From positions 46,624,001 to 46,688,000 of the forward strand of contig NC_043012.1 of NCBI RefSeq assembly GCF_006345805.1: DNA of 64,000 nucleotides, given 5' to 3'. The stretch's first letter is position 1, and every line of letters starts with the position of its first letter. The position numbers were made by a program, and so were the translations under genes. The notes beneath the pieces are model-generated. The model was not told the origin of the DNA. It saw only the letters and a program-made list of their open reading frames with translations, and did not search any database. The stretch is from Octopus sinensis (taxonomy: Eukaryota). Positions 23,459 to 36,022 of the stretch are shown in pieces.

Positions 23459-24904
23459 TACACACACACACACACACATATGATATAAAGTAAAATCGTT
23501 ATCCCGGAGGAAATGCCGCTATGCATTTTGTCCAGACTGCTAACAATACTACCAGCTTAGAAATAATGTGAGGTCAATAATTTTGACCTTTTAGTGGGGG
23601 ACTCATCATGCCAGCTAAAAATGTTTTCCACTTGAAATAAATGTTTTATTTAATCTGGGCCACTGAAGTTCTAGAAATCCAACGTTCTTTTGCCTTTGTT
23701 ACCCAACAACTCTTTATTCCTTAACATTTATAATTTCTATACAGATTGATCAAGTTACCTCCCTTCCTCCTAAAAATACTTTCAGCGTAGAATTGATAGG
23801 AGACAAAATTTACCTGGAATATCGCAGTTAAATATGTGTTTGGAATTGGTTGTTGTAGATCATATATTGTTGTTTTATTATTCTTTTTCAGAAAATACAG
23901 CAACGATTCATGAAGCGCACGAGGTGCCAACAGTTTTGCAAGAAAAAAATTAAGAAAAAAGCAAACGATTTCTTTTGTGCATTTTTGTGCATTTTTATTT
24001 TATTTTATTTTTTTTGTTTTTTGTTTTGATTATTTCCTTTTTCTTTCTTAGCTTTGTTCGATTTTCATAAGCATTCATCAACACCGTTTACTTGATGCCA
24101 GTACACGCATTGAGTGGATTAAGTAAAAGTGTGCAGCTTATTAGACGAAGCTAGCACTTCGCTATTTACTTATTTCACCGATCACTGATAGATAAATAAT
24201 TATAGCCTGATATTTATGTATATTACCTTGATCTTTACTTGGGATAATATCTAATGCGAGAACAGTCGTTTTTTCACTTTATATTGCTTCCAAAGCAGTT
24301 CAGACAAAGTTTTGAATCATGTACTTCAACAGCTCCAGAGGTGACATTTCTAGTTCTATTCTGCTGCAATCAACTCTTCTTGTTTCCTGTATCAGGGTTT
24401 CTTTTCACAACATATAAGTTGCCAAAATGTGTATAATTTTCTTATCTACTTGAAATTCGTTATCGCTTATTTTCTGTTTAGATTTTAAGTTCTGTGTAGA
24501 TTTATGCTTTCTGTTGGTTCTACATTTTTCTGACAGCTGTCTGTTACGGCTGCCTCTCTGTTGTACATGTTATCTTCTCTGAATACAGAAAAGAACACTT
24601 TATTTATTTATTTTTCGTCATGTATTGAATCTTTCAGCTAACTTTTCTCTATTCTTCACTTATTATTCTTTCTACTCTTTACCTGTATAATCCTACCATA
24701 AATGTTTGTAGTATTCTTTTAGTGGTAGAACACACATCTCTTTTATTCGTAGTAAACAGAATAATTCTCTGTAGGATCTAAATTAGTAAATTCTAAATGA
24801 CCGCAGAATATTTATTTTATTTCTAAACTAATTAAGTATAAAATCATTTTGTTTAGTAAAACAACTAATATATTGACGTTTATCAGTATATTTATTCGGT
24901 TACG

Positions 24905-25255
24905 AGTTGAGTCGCACTGCGTGGCACCTTGGACAAGTGCCCTCTACTATAACCTCGGGTCGACTAAAGCCTTCTTAGTATATTTGGTAGACGGATACTG
25001 AAAGAAGCTCGCCGAATGTATGTGTCTGCGTGTTTGGTGTGTGTGTGTGTGTTTATGTTTGTCCCTCCACTACTACTTGACAATCTGTGTTGGTCTATTT
25101 ACATCCACGCAGTTCGACAAAAGAGGCTGATAGAATAAGTGCTATGCTTCAAGAAATAAGTACTGAGGGTCGATTCGTTCGACTAAAATTCGCCAGGGCC
25201 CCAAAAAGGCTCCAGTGTAGCCATAACCTGAGATAAATGAAATGTAGGATATAAA
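24905..25255 (+). mobile_element. SINE family A, 5'-truncated
   Basis: cactgcgtggcaccttggacaagtg...ttggtagacggatactgaaagaagc...gatagaataagt. Confidence 0.85.
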
Positions 25256-25334
25256 AGATTTATTTATTTATTTATTGTATTTCATTGTTTTACGAGTTAA
25301 TTTAATATGCTCATTTCAAGGAACTTATCTTGAC

Positions 25335-25560
25335 TTTTGGGTGATGGGCTCCCGAGCAATAAGTCTGGCCTTAGATTCTTGAACCAGGTGAAGCTTTCTG
25401 TTTTGAGTAAGACACTTCATTTCCCGTTGCAACTGAATATCAGCCACTGCCGAGAGGTAATCCTGCGAGAGACTGGTGACCCATACAAGTGGTAGTCTTG
25501 TACTTTTACTCACAGTCATTTAAATGCCACGAAACTAGAATATGCGGTAACCTAGTGGGT
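25335..25560 (+). mobile_element. SINE family C, degenerate
   Basis: ttgagtaagacacttcatttcccgttgc resembles the reverse complement of 11090-11225. Confidence 0.5.
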
Positions 25561-25599
25561 CTGTAGGTTCGAGTAAGTCTTTAAAATACATTTACAATA

Positions 25600-26830
25600 C
25601 CCTGTTTCTGTGTCGTTGTTTCATAAACACTTTGTTTATTACTGCTGAAATATGAAGAATTCTGTTTAGCATAATTCTTCTATTTCTGTTTGTTTAGCTA
25701 ATAGGTTATTTCCCCTTGAGTTTTTTTTCTTCAAGACCGATTTGGCAAGTTTTTCTGAAAGTTTCAAAACCATGTGTTCTTATGGAGCATACAATTTTAG
25801 ACAATATTCCTGATAACTATGGAGTTGACGAGTGGGATACACAACTACCAGGCTTTCCTGCACCTTCAAAAAGTTTCTTCTGTCGTAATTTCGGAATATT
25901 CAAGAACTAAAATTGAACTGAAGATATCATCGGGCAGGTTTTTCAGGCTGTAGACATTTGCTAGACTGGGTTTCTTTATTTGAATTCGCTCTTCTGGATG
26001 TAATGTTTAATAACTTAATCAATTATCTCTGAAAATTATCATGAACTCCACCGCTTTTTCTGTGACAAAGCAATTGTAACAACAAATATAAAATGAAAAT
26101 ACAATGACTCGCTAATATCTATATCTACTTCAGTCTTGTTTAGGATGTTGGTTAAATATTTAAGATGTTGGCTAATTGATTACAGTGAGGTTTTGAATGC
26201 CTCATTGTCTCATTGTGCTGGCTGCACATTCTGCATTTCGTTTTGGCGCCTGATACCATATTTTTGATTTTATCATTGTTTGTAGTCAGGAATTGGTTTT
26301 GTGCAGCGAGAAACACTCCTGTTTCAGGTTTTAGTCCAGAGCTTTTGAGCCATTCAGCATTTTACTTAGGTTCAATTCCTGTCTGGAAAACTTTGCATGG
26401 TATTGGCCATGGAGGGATTTTCCCTCCATTTCTTCAGTATATTTTGTAATTATGATTTCACGTTTTTCTTCGTCACTTTGATTATTTCTGCTATGTTTTC
26501 ATCTGAAATCAGTGTATCAGTGTAGCTTGTTTCTGTTTTGTATTTTGTCGCCTCATTAACGTTAGAAAAAAGCGTTTTCTTTTTCTCGTGTCGTTTTATT
26601 ATATGCAGTAGTCCCTCACATTTTGTTTCTAAGTATTTTCCTAGTTGGACTATTGTTATTTTATAATAGCCCTCTATCTGTATCACGCCACGGCCTCTTT
26701 CTCAGCGGGGTAGATATATTCTGTCTCCCACTGCTTTGGGGTGGTGACTTCGGTACACTGTTAGTAGCTTACTGGTTTTTCTATCTTGGTTTCTTAATTC
26801 TCTGATCTTCCAGTAAAGCTGTAATTTAGG
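25600..26830 (-). mobile_element. R4/Dong-like LINE remnant
   Basis: Minus strand has IYLPR(*)ERGRG then MIQIEGYYKITIVQLGKYL, a HG..WLKSSGLKPETGVFLAAQNQ-like block, and an RLE-region tail. Confidence 0.75.
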
Positions 26831-26890
26831 ACTGTATGACTTGCGTGTTTATCCCTATCATTATTCCTCCTCCTCATCATCATCATCATT

Positions 26891-27078
26891 CAAGGCAGCG
26901 ATCTGGCAGAATCGTTTGCACGCCGGACAAAAGGCTTTGTGCTATTTTGTTCGTCTTCAGGTCCTGAGTACAAATTCCACCAAGATCGATGAATTAAGTA
27001 CCAGTGAAACACTGGGGTCGATTTAATAGACTAGTTTCCTACCGCCAAATTTCAGGATTTGTGCTTTTAGTAGAAAGG

Positions 27079-27153
<75 letters not shown>
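26891..27153 (+). mobile_element. SINE family B with long (TTA)n tail
   Basis: aaggcagcgatctggcagaatcgtt...tagtagaaaggat(tta)n. Confidence 0.85.
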
Positions 27154-27154
<1 letters not shown>

Positions 27155-27155
<1 letters not shown>

Positions 27156-27348
27156 GAAGCCGGGAGCTGACTAAATCCCGAGGAAGCCGGAAAAACTTCA
27201 TAGCAGTATTTGGTTGTTCTTGTTTACGTTTTAGGTTCAAATTCTTTCGAGGTCAATATTGATTTCCACATTTTGTGGTCAATAAATTAAATTCCAGTTG
27301 ATTACTGGAGTCAGTGAAATTACTGGGCTTCTGCCAAAATTTGAAACC

Positions 27349-27402
<54 letters not shown>
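27155..27402 (+). mobile_element. second SINE family B copy in tandem, with (TTA)n tail
   Basis: gccgggagctgactaaatc...ttttaggttcaaattc...gaggtcaat...ccagttg. Confidence 0.7.
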
Positions 27403-27403
<1 letters not shown>

Positions 27404-29889
27404 GAGTTGTTGTTGTTGCTGCAGCAGCTGTTGTTGTTTTTGGTTTCTTTATTGTTATTGTTGTTTTTTGTTGGTGGTGGTAGTGGTACTAAACTCTTGT
27501 TTATTTTAGTTGCGATCGCTTTGGGAAGGTTACGCAATCGTTATGATTAATATGTTTAATAATATAGTTGGCAGTTAAAACTTCAAAGAAAATTCTGATA
27601 TATTAGAAAGACGTGTTACAATAAATTTGCCTTTGTAATGTATGAGAAGCAAAGACATGTCACTTCAACCAGCACTGAATAATCAATGGGCTTTTTGTTA
27701 GTTTTTCGATACTGAGTTGAAACCGCCTTGTGGGCATATAACAGAAAAGAGCAATACTTATTCGTTTGACCTCCAGAAACGATCTTTTAATCGATAGGTT
27801 CACTGAGGGTTCGTTCAACGCAGTACGTTCAGTATTGTAAATGCAATTACAAATTGAAGAAGAAAAATAATATATGTAATTAAGAAGAAAAAAGAGGAGG
27901 AAGATGAGAAGAAGAAGAAGTAGAAGGAGAAGAAGAAGGAGAAGGAGAAGAAGGAAGAAGGAGAAGAAGAAGGAAGAAGGAGAAGGAGAAGAATATAATA
28001 ATGATGATGATGATAATGATGACGATGAAAATAGATCAAACAAACAAGAAAACATACAAAAATAACTTCCTAATATATGTTTTAGTAAAATTTTGGTAGA
28101 CTGTAACCGTAGTATCTTTTGCAATATATGGATGTGTGTATGTATGTATGTATGTATGCATGCATGTATGTATGTATATATGTATGTATGTATGTATACG
28201 TTTGTTCTTGTGTGTGTGGTTGTGTAACGCACATACACGTTGTGTAACGCACATAAACGTATTGGTGCATGTACCTTTGCATGTAGGCGAATGATGAAAG
28301 ACAACGGTGAAACTCATTGTTCTTCAAACTAGGTCATCTGGGTTACACGCAGTACCTCAAATTTTCCCGTTATAAATGCAGCGAATCAATGATTTGTATC
28401 TTCTAAACCTCTACATACCGACGCACTTCATAATTTGCTATTCAAAGTAAAGTGCTTTAATAATAGCAAAATAAATAAATAAATAAAAATGGGACATCAA
28501 TGTTGTTAATAATATCAATATTTGCAGTATCATTTTCGAACTGCATTAACATACAGCTGTTATTTAAGCGACTCATTTAAACTGACAAATATTATCTTCG
28601 ATAAACAAGCATAGTAATGGAAATTACTGCTGTGTACGTTGTGCTTTAAAGAACTTTATCCACCGCCAAACTTTAATGAGAATGTCAGTGTAAGTTAATC
28701 TGATTGTTCTGTTTGCCGATCGTTATGAAGAAAGTCGTAAAAGCCATCTCAAACAATACATTATGTTCAGATAACATGTGTTAGATTTCGTGGGATACAA
28801 TTTGATTATACTGACCGAATTCTTTTGTTGATAAGGAGAAAATATGTAAAGAGTACTTTCAGATTAATTCAATGATAGTTTTAAAAGAAATGGCTTTAAA
28901 GTTTGCAATTATGTCCAGTATTTAGTTCAAGAAACATTGAGCGATATTGAAATTTCCATAATATAGAATATTTTGACGATCTAACTGTCTAAATTAGCTT
29001 AAACAATTAGCTTAAAATAACTATCTTTAATTTCGTAGGAGTCATAGCTAAAATTGCGATGGCCGTGGCAATTTGACGTCCTTAATAAATATCAAATGGC
29101 TTATGTGTCACACGATTAAAAAGTAATGACTCGACGAACCAAATGCAATACCTTCTTTGCGTCTTGCAATGTACATTATATTATATAAGTTCTTGAAATG
29201 CAGACAACAATAATACATGCGAACGTGGGTGCAACAGCATAAACACTAGGTCACGCGCCTTCACATACACTCACACACGAACATACGCACCCGCACACAT
29301 ACACACACACATACACATATTTATAAGTTAGTTAAAATATATGTTTGACATATTTCAACTGCTAAAAGGCAAATACACTGCAGTTATCGAGGAGAACATA
29401 TCCCTCCTATGGTAAAATGTGTGAAACACACACACTGTCTCTTCAGTGTCGTCATCTATCAAAGGCCGAGATACCGATGTTTCGAGCCTATTCACTCTTG
29501 TCAATGGGATGTACCTGAGATTGGCAACTCTGAACAGACTTATAAAGCAATAGCTTTATGTAAAATTCAGCCAACACATTGATTGACTTGTGCTAGTAGA
29601 TCGCCTGATCGACGAAAGATAATGAGATGTTTGCGCTAACCAGTGTTGAGGCATAGCCAAAATTCAGGTTAGTTAAATTATGTTGCCACGCCTTTTACCA
29701 CGAGAAAGATATTTCTCCACGGTAACTGCAGAGTATTTTCCTTTTAGCATTGGAAATATGTCACAGAGATTTCAACTGACCTAAATTTTGCTTACACCCA
29801 AATATTGCTATGTGTGAGTGTGTGTGTGTGTGTGTGTGTATGTGTATACTTATATATATACATATGTATGGATACATATATATATATAT

Positions 29890-30290
29890 ATGCATATAAA
29901 TCTTTTTCAGAATGAGATAAAAAGAACAAGGCTGTGAAGATTTTAGGACATTTATAAATAGGTCTTACAGCTGTTTCCAGGATATTAATTATATCCCTTC
30001 ATTGGAGACTGTGTGAGAAAATGGTTAAGCAGTAGTTTATTTAGATAAGATACGAAATAGCGAGTGAAGTGGAGAAATGTAAATAGATGTGAGATATGCA
30101 AGGATATTGCATTTGTAGATCCATTTATTAGGCAGAAGGAGACACTTTGTATATTAAAGCACAGCTCTCCAGCACTGCTAAATAAAACATCCATTTCTCA
30201 TTGGTACAACAGTTTAATACCACAGATAAAAGAGTATGATTACAATATACAAATATTACATGAAATAGAGAAATATAACTGATAAACATA
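29890..30290. mobile_element. Penelope-like terminus: inverted hammerhead relic plus GIY-YIG C-terminal fragment
   Basis: Minus 29962-30009 reads GTCT-CCAATGAA-GGGATAT..ATATCCT-GGAAA-CAGCTG-TA-AGAC. Plus-strand FIRQKETLCILKHSSPALLNK resembles the end of a PLE endonuclease. Confidence 0.6.
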
Positions 30291-31202
30291 AAATGTATGT
30301 ATATTATAATATAATATATTATGAGATAATATAATATATTATGAAATAATATAATATATTATGAAAAGATATAACATAATAATATAATATATTATGAAAA
30401 TATATAATATAACATAACAAAATTTTAAAAAGCCAATATAAAGCTAGCATATTAGTAAATTTACCAAAAAGTTACATCTATGTATAGAAGCCTCTTCAAG
30501 GCCCTTGTTAAAAAAACAGACGATATTCCATATTAGGACTCCCAATTTACAAAAAAAAATGCTGATTCAAAAAAATACATATGTTTAAAAGCGTGGGAGT
30601 TAATAATTTAAATACATAATAAATGCAATAAAAAGGACAACAAATTTTAAATGGATAAAATGATTAAGAAAAGAAAATTTACAACGGTCATAAAACGTTC
30701 TTATGGATCTCCAATAATATTAATCAAAAAGTATTTTAATCGAAAATAATCACTGGCCATTTTATAATATAATAATATCCATGTCTATATAATATATAAT
30801 ATATTAAACATTTATAGTGGAGTAGGAAATGTGTTTTATTTAAAATTACTACATATTATGATGAAAATGATAAATAAATAAGGAAATGTTTAATTCAGAC
30901 ACTAAATGCAATAAAAATTTTCTTAATCGACAATTCATTCACTCAATATATTACTACAAAATATGCTGATGTTAGACAAATGTATAGAGTTACGATTATT
31001 ATAAAATAATACCATTTTGTTTTTACATAATAATGATAATAATATATAAAGTATCGGAGTTTTACTTAGTTTTATAGAAGCAAATAAATGAAGTTAATCC
31101 AACATATTTATTCTGTACATTCATATATGTATACAAGTTCGAAAGAACATGATATGATGAAATATATTAAACTAAACTGGTACCACAATAAATATACATG
31201 TA

Positions 31203-31440
31203 TTCTTTTATTCTTTTACTTGTTTTCGTCATTTGAGTGCGGCCATGCTGGACCACCGCCTTTAGTCGAACAAATCGACCCCAGGACTTATTCTTTGCAA
31301 GCCTAGTATTTATTCTACAGGTCCCATTTGCAGAACCGCTAAGTAACAGGGACGTAAACACACCAGCATCGGTTGTCGAGCGATGTTTTGGGGAGGGAAC
31401 AAACACAGACACACTAATACACACACACTTACATATATGT

Positions 31441-31487
<47 letters not shown>

Positions 31488-31637
31488 AAACACACACACA
31501 CATATATATATGTATATATACCACGGGCTTCTTTTAGTTTCCCTCTACCAAATCCACTCACAAGAGTTTGGTTGGCCCGAGACTATAGTAGAAGACACTT
31601 CCCAAGTTCATAAGCAAGCTACATACCACACAACCTA
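31203..31637 (-). mobile_element. SINE family A copy (deletion in the tRNA head)
   Basis: Matches the other family A copies and carries an internal (CATA)n(TA)n tract. Confidence 0.9.
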
Positions 31638-31695
31638 TATGTATAATAATATATAATCATTCAAAAAATATATTTCTGTAAATTAGAGTTAATAT

Positions 31696-31983
31696 AAACA
31701 ATTGCAGCGTGGAAGGTGTTTATAAACCATTTAAGAAACACACAAAAATCGTTGGACTCACTTCAACATTTAAATTTAATTTGTCAAAATATTTTCGTCG
31801 CTTTGAGACCGCGACTTGTTCACTGACAAAACTTCGTGCTGCATGGAATTTTGTCTGTGAACAGGTCGCGGTCTCAAAGCGACGAAAATATTTTGACAAA
31901 TTAAATTTAAATGTTGAAGTGAGTCTAACGGTTTTGTGTGTTTCTGAAATGGCTTATAAACACCTTCCACGCAGCAATTGTTT
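31696..31983. mobile_element. ~290-bp palindromic (hairpin) element, copy 1
   Basis: Arms of about 140 bp: AAACAATTGCAGCGTGGAAGGTGTTTATA... / ...TATAAACACCTTCCACGCAGCAATTGTTT. Confidence 0.9.
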
Positions 31984-32042
31984 TCGTTACAGCACAATAT
32001 CTCAGATCAGGTCACTTGCTATGCAAGTACATCTTCGTAAAG

Positions 32043-32083
<41 letters not shown>

Positions 32084-32285
32084 CACACACACATATATAT
32101 ATGTATATATACACGGGCTTCTTTTAGTTTCCCTCTACCAAATCCACTCACAAGAGTTTGGTTGGCCCGAGACTATAGTAGAAGACACTTCCCAAGTTCA
32201 TAAGCAAGCTACATACCACACAACCTATATGTATAATAATATATAATCATTCAAAAAATATATTTCTGTAAATTAGAGTTAATAT

Positions 32286-32573
32286 AAACAATTGCAGCGT
32301 GGAAGGTGTTTATAAACCATTTAAGAAACACACAAAAATCGTTGGACTCACTTCAACATTTAAATTTAATTTGTCAAAATATTTTCGTCGCTTTGAGACC
32401 GCGACTTGTTCACTGACAAAACTTCGTGCTGCATGGAATTTTGTCTGTGAACAGGTCGCGGTCTCAAAGCGACGAAAATATTTTGACAAATTATATTTAA
32501 ATGTTGAAGTGAGTCTAACGGTTTTGTGTGTTTCTGAAATGGCTTATAAACACCTTCCACGCAGCAATTGTTT
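32286..32573. mobile_element. ~290-bp palindromic element, copy 2
   Basis: Duplicate of 31696-31983. Confidence 0.9.
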
Positions 32574-32632
32574 TCGTTACAGCACAATATCTCAGATCAG
32601 GTCACTTGCTATGCAAGTACATCTTCGTAAAG

Positions 32633-32740
<108 letters not shown>

Positions 32741-32833
32741 TATATATACATAATTAATTAGCTACATAAAAATTGCCGGAAATATGTACTTACTATAGAA
32801 AAGTTTTTGATCACGATACGTCTATTATTATTA

Positions 32834-32909
<76 letters not shown>

Positions 32910-33700
32910 ATAATTAATTTATCCTCCAGCGGTCCAACGTCCTCCAGAAAGGATTTTTTGAGTTCATGATAATCATCTTTTTCTAAGTTTATAACGTCTA
33001 TGTTTGTGTTTTTTATGTCTTTGGCCATCTTATACTGTTCAACCGATTTACAATTATAAATTTCTATTGTTAGTTCTGTGTTCGACGTGTTGTATACTGT
33101 GATGCATGAGAAGGAGGGGTCTTTTGTCGGGTGAGGTGTGCCTGCGTGTTTTTTTCTGTAGGGGGAGAGTCGGGGTTAGTGTCGAAGAGGGCGGGCGAAA
33201 GTATGGTGATTGTAGGGACAAGAGAGGGACTAGTGTCTGTTGGGGTAGGGAGGGAATATTTTATCTTCATTTTTTTCTCGTAACATCTGCGAATCCGTCA
33301 CCCGAAGATGCTTCATCGCCACCCAGTTCCTTGCTTAGGTTTGGTTGCACTGTTTTGTTTTCAGTCGTTCTTGTTTTTAATTTTTCTTTCTGACGTCCCT
33401 GGGGGTAGAGGTGCGGTCTGCTAACCAACAAGAGGGACCTCTGGAGTTTGTGAGAGAGGTGGAGGGCATTCGGCTCTAATGTGGCCTTTCTGTCCAAATT
33501 TATAACAATGTGCCTTCCTACCCTCTACTGTAACATGTAGTCGTGTGACGCTTCCCACTGGTATGGTGTCTGGTTTTTTTTTCTTTTAGAACTCGGGGGG
33601 CTGCCTGGATAAACATTCCCAGGCTTTGCCCTGTCAGTTCTGTAGGTGTGTTCTGGAGCCTTGGGGGATTGTTATTTCATCCTCCAAGCTTAATACACAT
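32910..33700 (-). pseudogene. degenerate ORF1/CCHC gene related to 12375-13391
   Basis: Minus 33537-33466 reads HVTVEGRKAHCYKFGQKGHIRAEC, aligning with HVILVGRPPKCHSCLQPGHIKRNC. Pro- and Lys-rich tracts follow, with stops and frameshifts. Confidence 0.7.
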
Positions 33701-34939
33701 ACATCTCCAAAAAGTTTTCAGAGTTGACCATATCAAAATGGTAAAGAAATGAGATTTGAAAAATATTGCCTTTCTTTTGCAGTCCAGTGTATATTGCCTC
33801 AAACAATAAAAATTCAGTTTGAATGAAAAAAACTTACAGATCGTTCCGTATAATACCTACTAATTTTGCCGCTAATGCAATTACCTTAAATAATGATGTC
33901 ACATTATAAATTTAGGGAGATTTATTGATACATTCGTTACTTTCTTTAACCATTATGTAATAAGCATGTGTACACATTAAATACTTACACACACATAAAT
34001 ACATATATACATATACGTATAAGCATACACACACACACACATATATATATATAAAAACACATATACACACACCCATGAATATATAAACATATATACACAC
34101 ACTTATACACAAATATATACAGGTGCATATACACACTTCCATATATATACGTTGAAATACAAAAATCTCTTCCGGTGAAGAGTTCCGGTCGCACTTACTT
34201 TGCCACAGGAAACGCAGATTAGGGCAGCAATATCAAACTGTCTCATTCCCAAATGCTACATATTCATAGAAGTTTTCCATGCCCATACGCTAATTGGTTT
34301 AGGAACCATCTTCTGGCATTTTTCAACGTTTCATGCCACGGAAAAAATTTAAATATGCATTAGAAGCAGCTCGAACATATAAGCAACACACATACACTAG
34401 GCGTGCGTGTGTTGTTAGTTCGCGGGTTGGCTGCGGTTTAGGTGTAAGGGAATATATTCTCAACGCGACTTGGGTTAAAAACACCTGCAAGTAAATCATA
34501 GGAAAACGAGGCACGTTACACCACGTCACTTCTCGAAGCAAAAGACATCGATGTTTCGCCATTGTTGTGAATTTTTGTAATGTCGGAAGGCCTTCTTCGG
34601 TATGCGACATTGAAAAGTTACAATAATTGATAAATATCAATGTTTGTTGCTCCGAGAAGGGATCAGATATGAATTGTCATGCTTGCCTATAACTTCCTTT
34701 CAGGCGCTTTTAACACCAGGCGCATTGAGAACGTATTCGCTTTTGCCTAAAGCGCAGCCAGTCCAGGAACCTAGTGTATATGTGTCCGATGACGGTCCTC
34801 CAAGAAGATTTCATGATATTTTCATTCGTTCGGTCGCCCTGAACAAAGCTGGTCCTCAAGCGGGAAATGACCATTCTTGAAGCGTGAAAACTACTCGTAA
34901 ACATGAGAGCCGCTTTCTAAGCTCTTTGAAGCTTGACAA

Positions 34940-35480
34940 CTTTGCGACGTTTGTTTTGAAAGTAGTGGATTTCTGATTGCAGCCCTCCCGTGAAATCAGG
35001 CTTTGTGCAGCTCCCAGCGAACAGTTTTTATGGAAACTGGGTTCTCTGAAATAATTTTGAGAGTTGTATCTTTGTGATCCTTTCTAATAATTCGCTTACA
35101 TATCCGACGGTCCCTATCTGAAAGTGTTGGTTTCTTCCGGAATGTTGCTTCGACAAGGAAGTTTTTCCCTCTTTCTCAAAGACTGTCATTACTTTCGAGA
35201 GAGTACTTCTTTATACACCAAACATTTCGGATGTTTTCGTTATGCTAGCGCCTGCCATACGAGCACCAACAATCCGATAGATTTGCGATGTTAATGTATT
35301 GTACTTTCCTATTTCTGACGATATCTGAAAAGAAACATCAATTTTAGTAAATCTTATTAAGCAACAATAATAATAAATCAGAAAACATAAAAATAAACCA
35401 CCTTTTGACGGTTCTATAGGTATTTCAAAATTATAATGCTATGATGCTAGGCATTTCCATTAGTTTGTCCAACCCTTGTA
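34940..35480 (-). mobile_element. Tc1-like transposon 5' part (TIR and paired-like DNA-binding domain)
   Basis: Minus-strand TIR TACAAGGGTTGGACAAACTAATGGAAATGCC at 35480. Protein IVGARMAGASITKTSEMFGV*RSTLSKVMTVFEKEGKTS...GR, and later ELHKA.FHGRAAIRNPLLSK. Confidence 0.8.
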
Positions 35481-35499
35481 TATATCAATATGTGTGTAT

Positions 35500-35682
35500 G
35501 TGTGTCAGTGTGCATGTGTGTTTGTCTGTGTGTGTGTGTGTTTGTCCACCCCAACGTCTCTTGACAACTGATACTGGGGTATTTATGCAACCGTAACTTA
35601 GTGGTTTGGCAAAAGACAACGATAGAATAAGTACTAGATTACAAAGAATAAGTCCAGGGTCGATTTCTTTGACTAAAGCCCT
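35500..35682 (+). mobile_element. SINE family A 3' half
   Basis: cttgacaactgatactgg...gtaacttagtggtttggcaaaag...gggtcgatttctttgactaaa. Confidence 0.85.
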
Positions 35683-35696
35683 TAATATATATATAT

Positions 35697-35761
<65 letters not shown>

Positions 35762-35874
35762 GTAAAAAGTGAAAAAACTACAGAAGGCCTGTTTTAAAAG
35801 GTTAAAAAATATATATTTGAGTCAATATGTCTGAAGAATATTATAAATTTTTTTCTTACAATGACATAATTTAG

Positions 35875-35913
35875 AAGAAAGACCGGTTTCGCGTTTAGCT
35901 TTTCAAATTTCTT
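35875..35913 (-). ncRNA. minimal type I hammerhead ribozyme motif, U3:A8 variant
   Basis: AAGAAA-T-TTGAAAA-GC-TAAAC-GC-GAAA-CCGG-TC-TTTCTT, with palindromic stem III ACCGGT and a GUC cleavage triplet. Confidence 0.6.
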
Positions 35914-36022
35914 ACGTCGTTATGTTTATGTTGAGCATAGTTATCGTTATGTTTATGTTGAAAAGAGTTCTAAATAAGGGGAGGTAATGAGTGATTTCTT
36001 CCGGTGTAAGGGAGATAATCGC

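Noticed and set aside
27660-28304. 214-aa ORF with hydrophobic runs
   Set aside because: It is built from (AGA/GGA)n and (TATG)n repeats.
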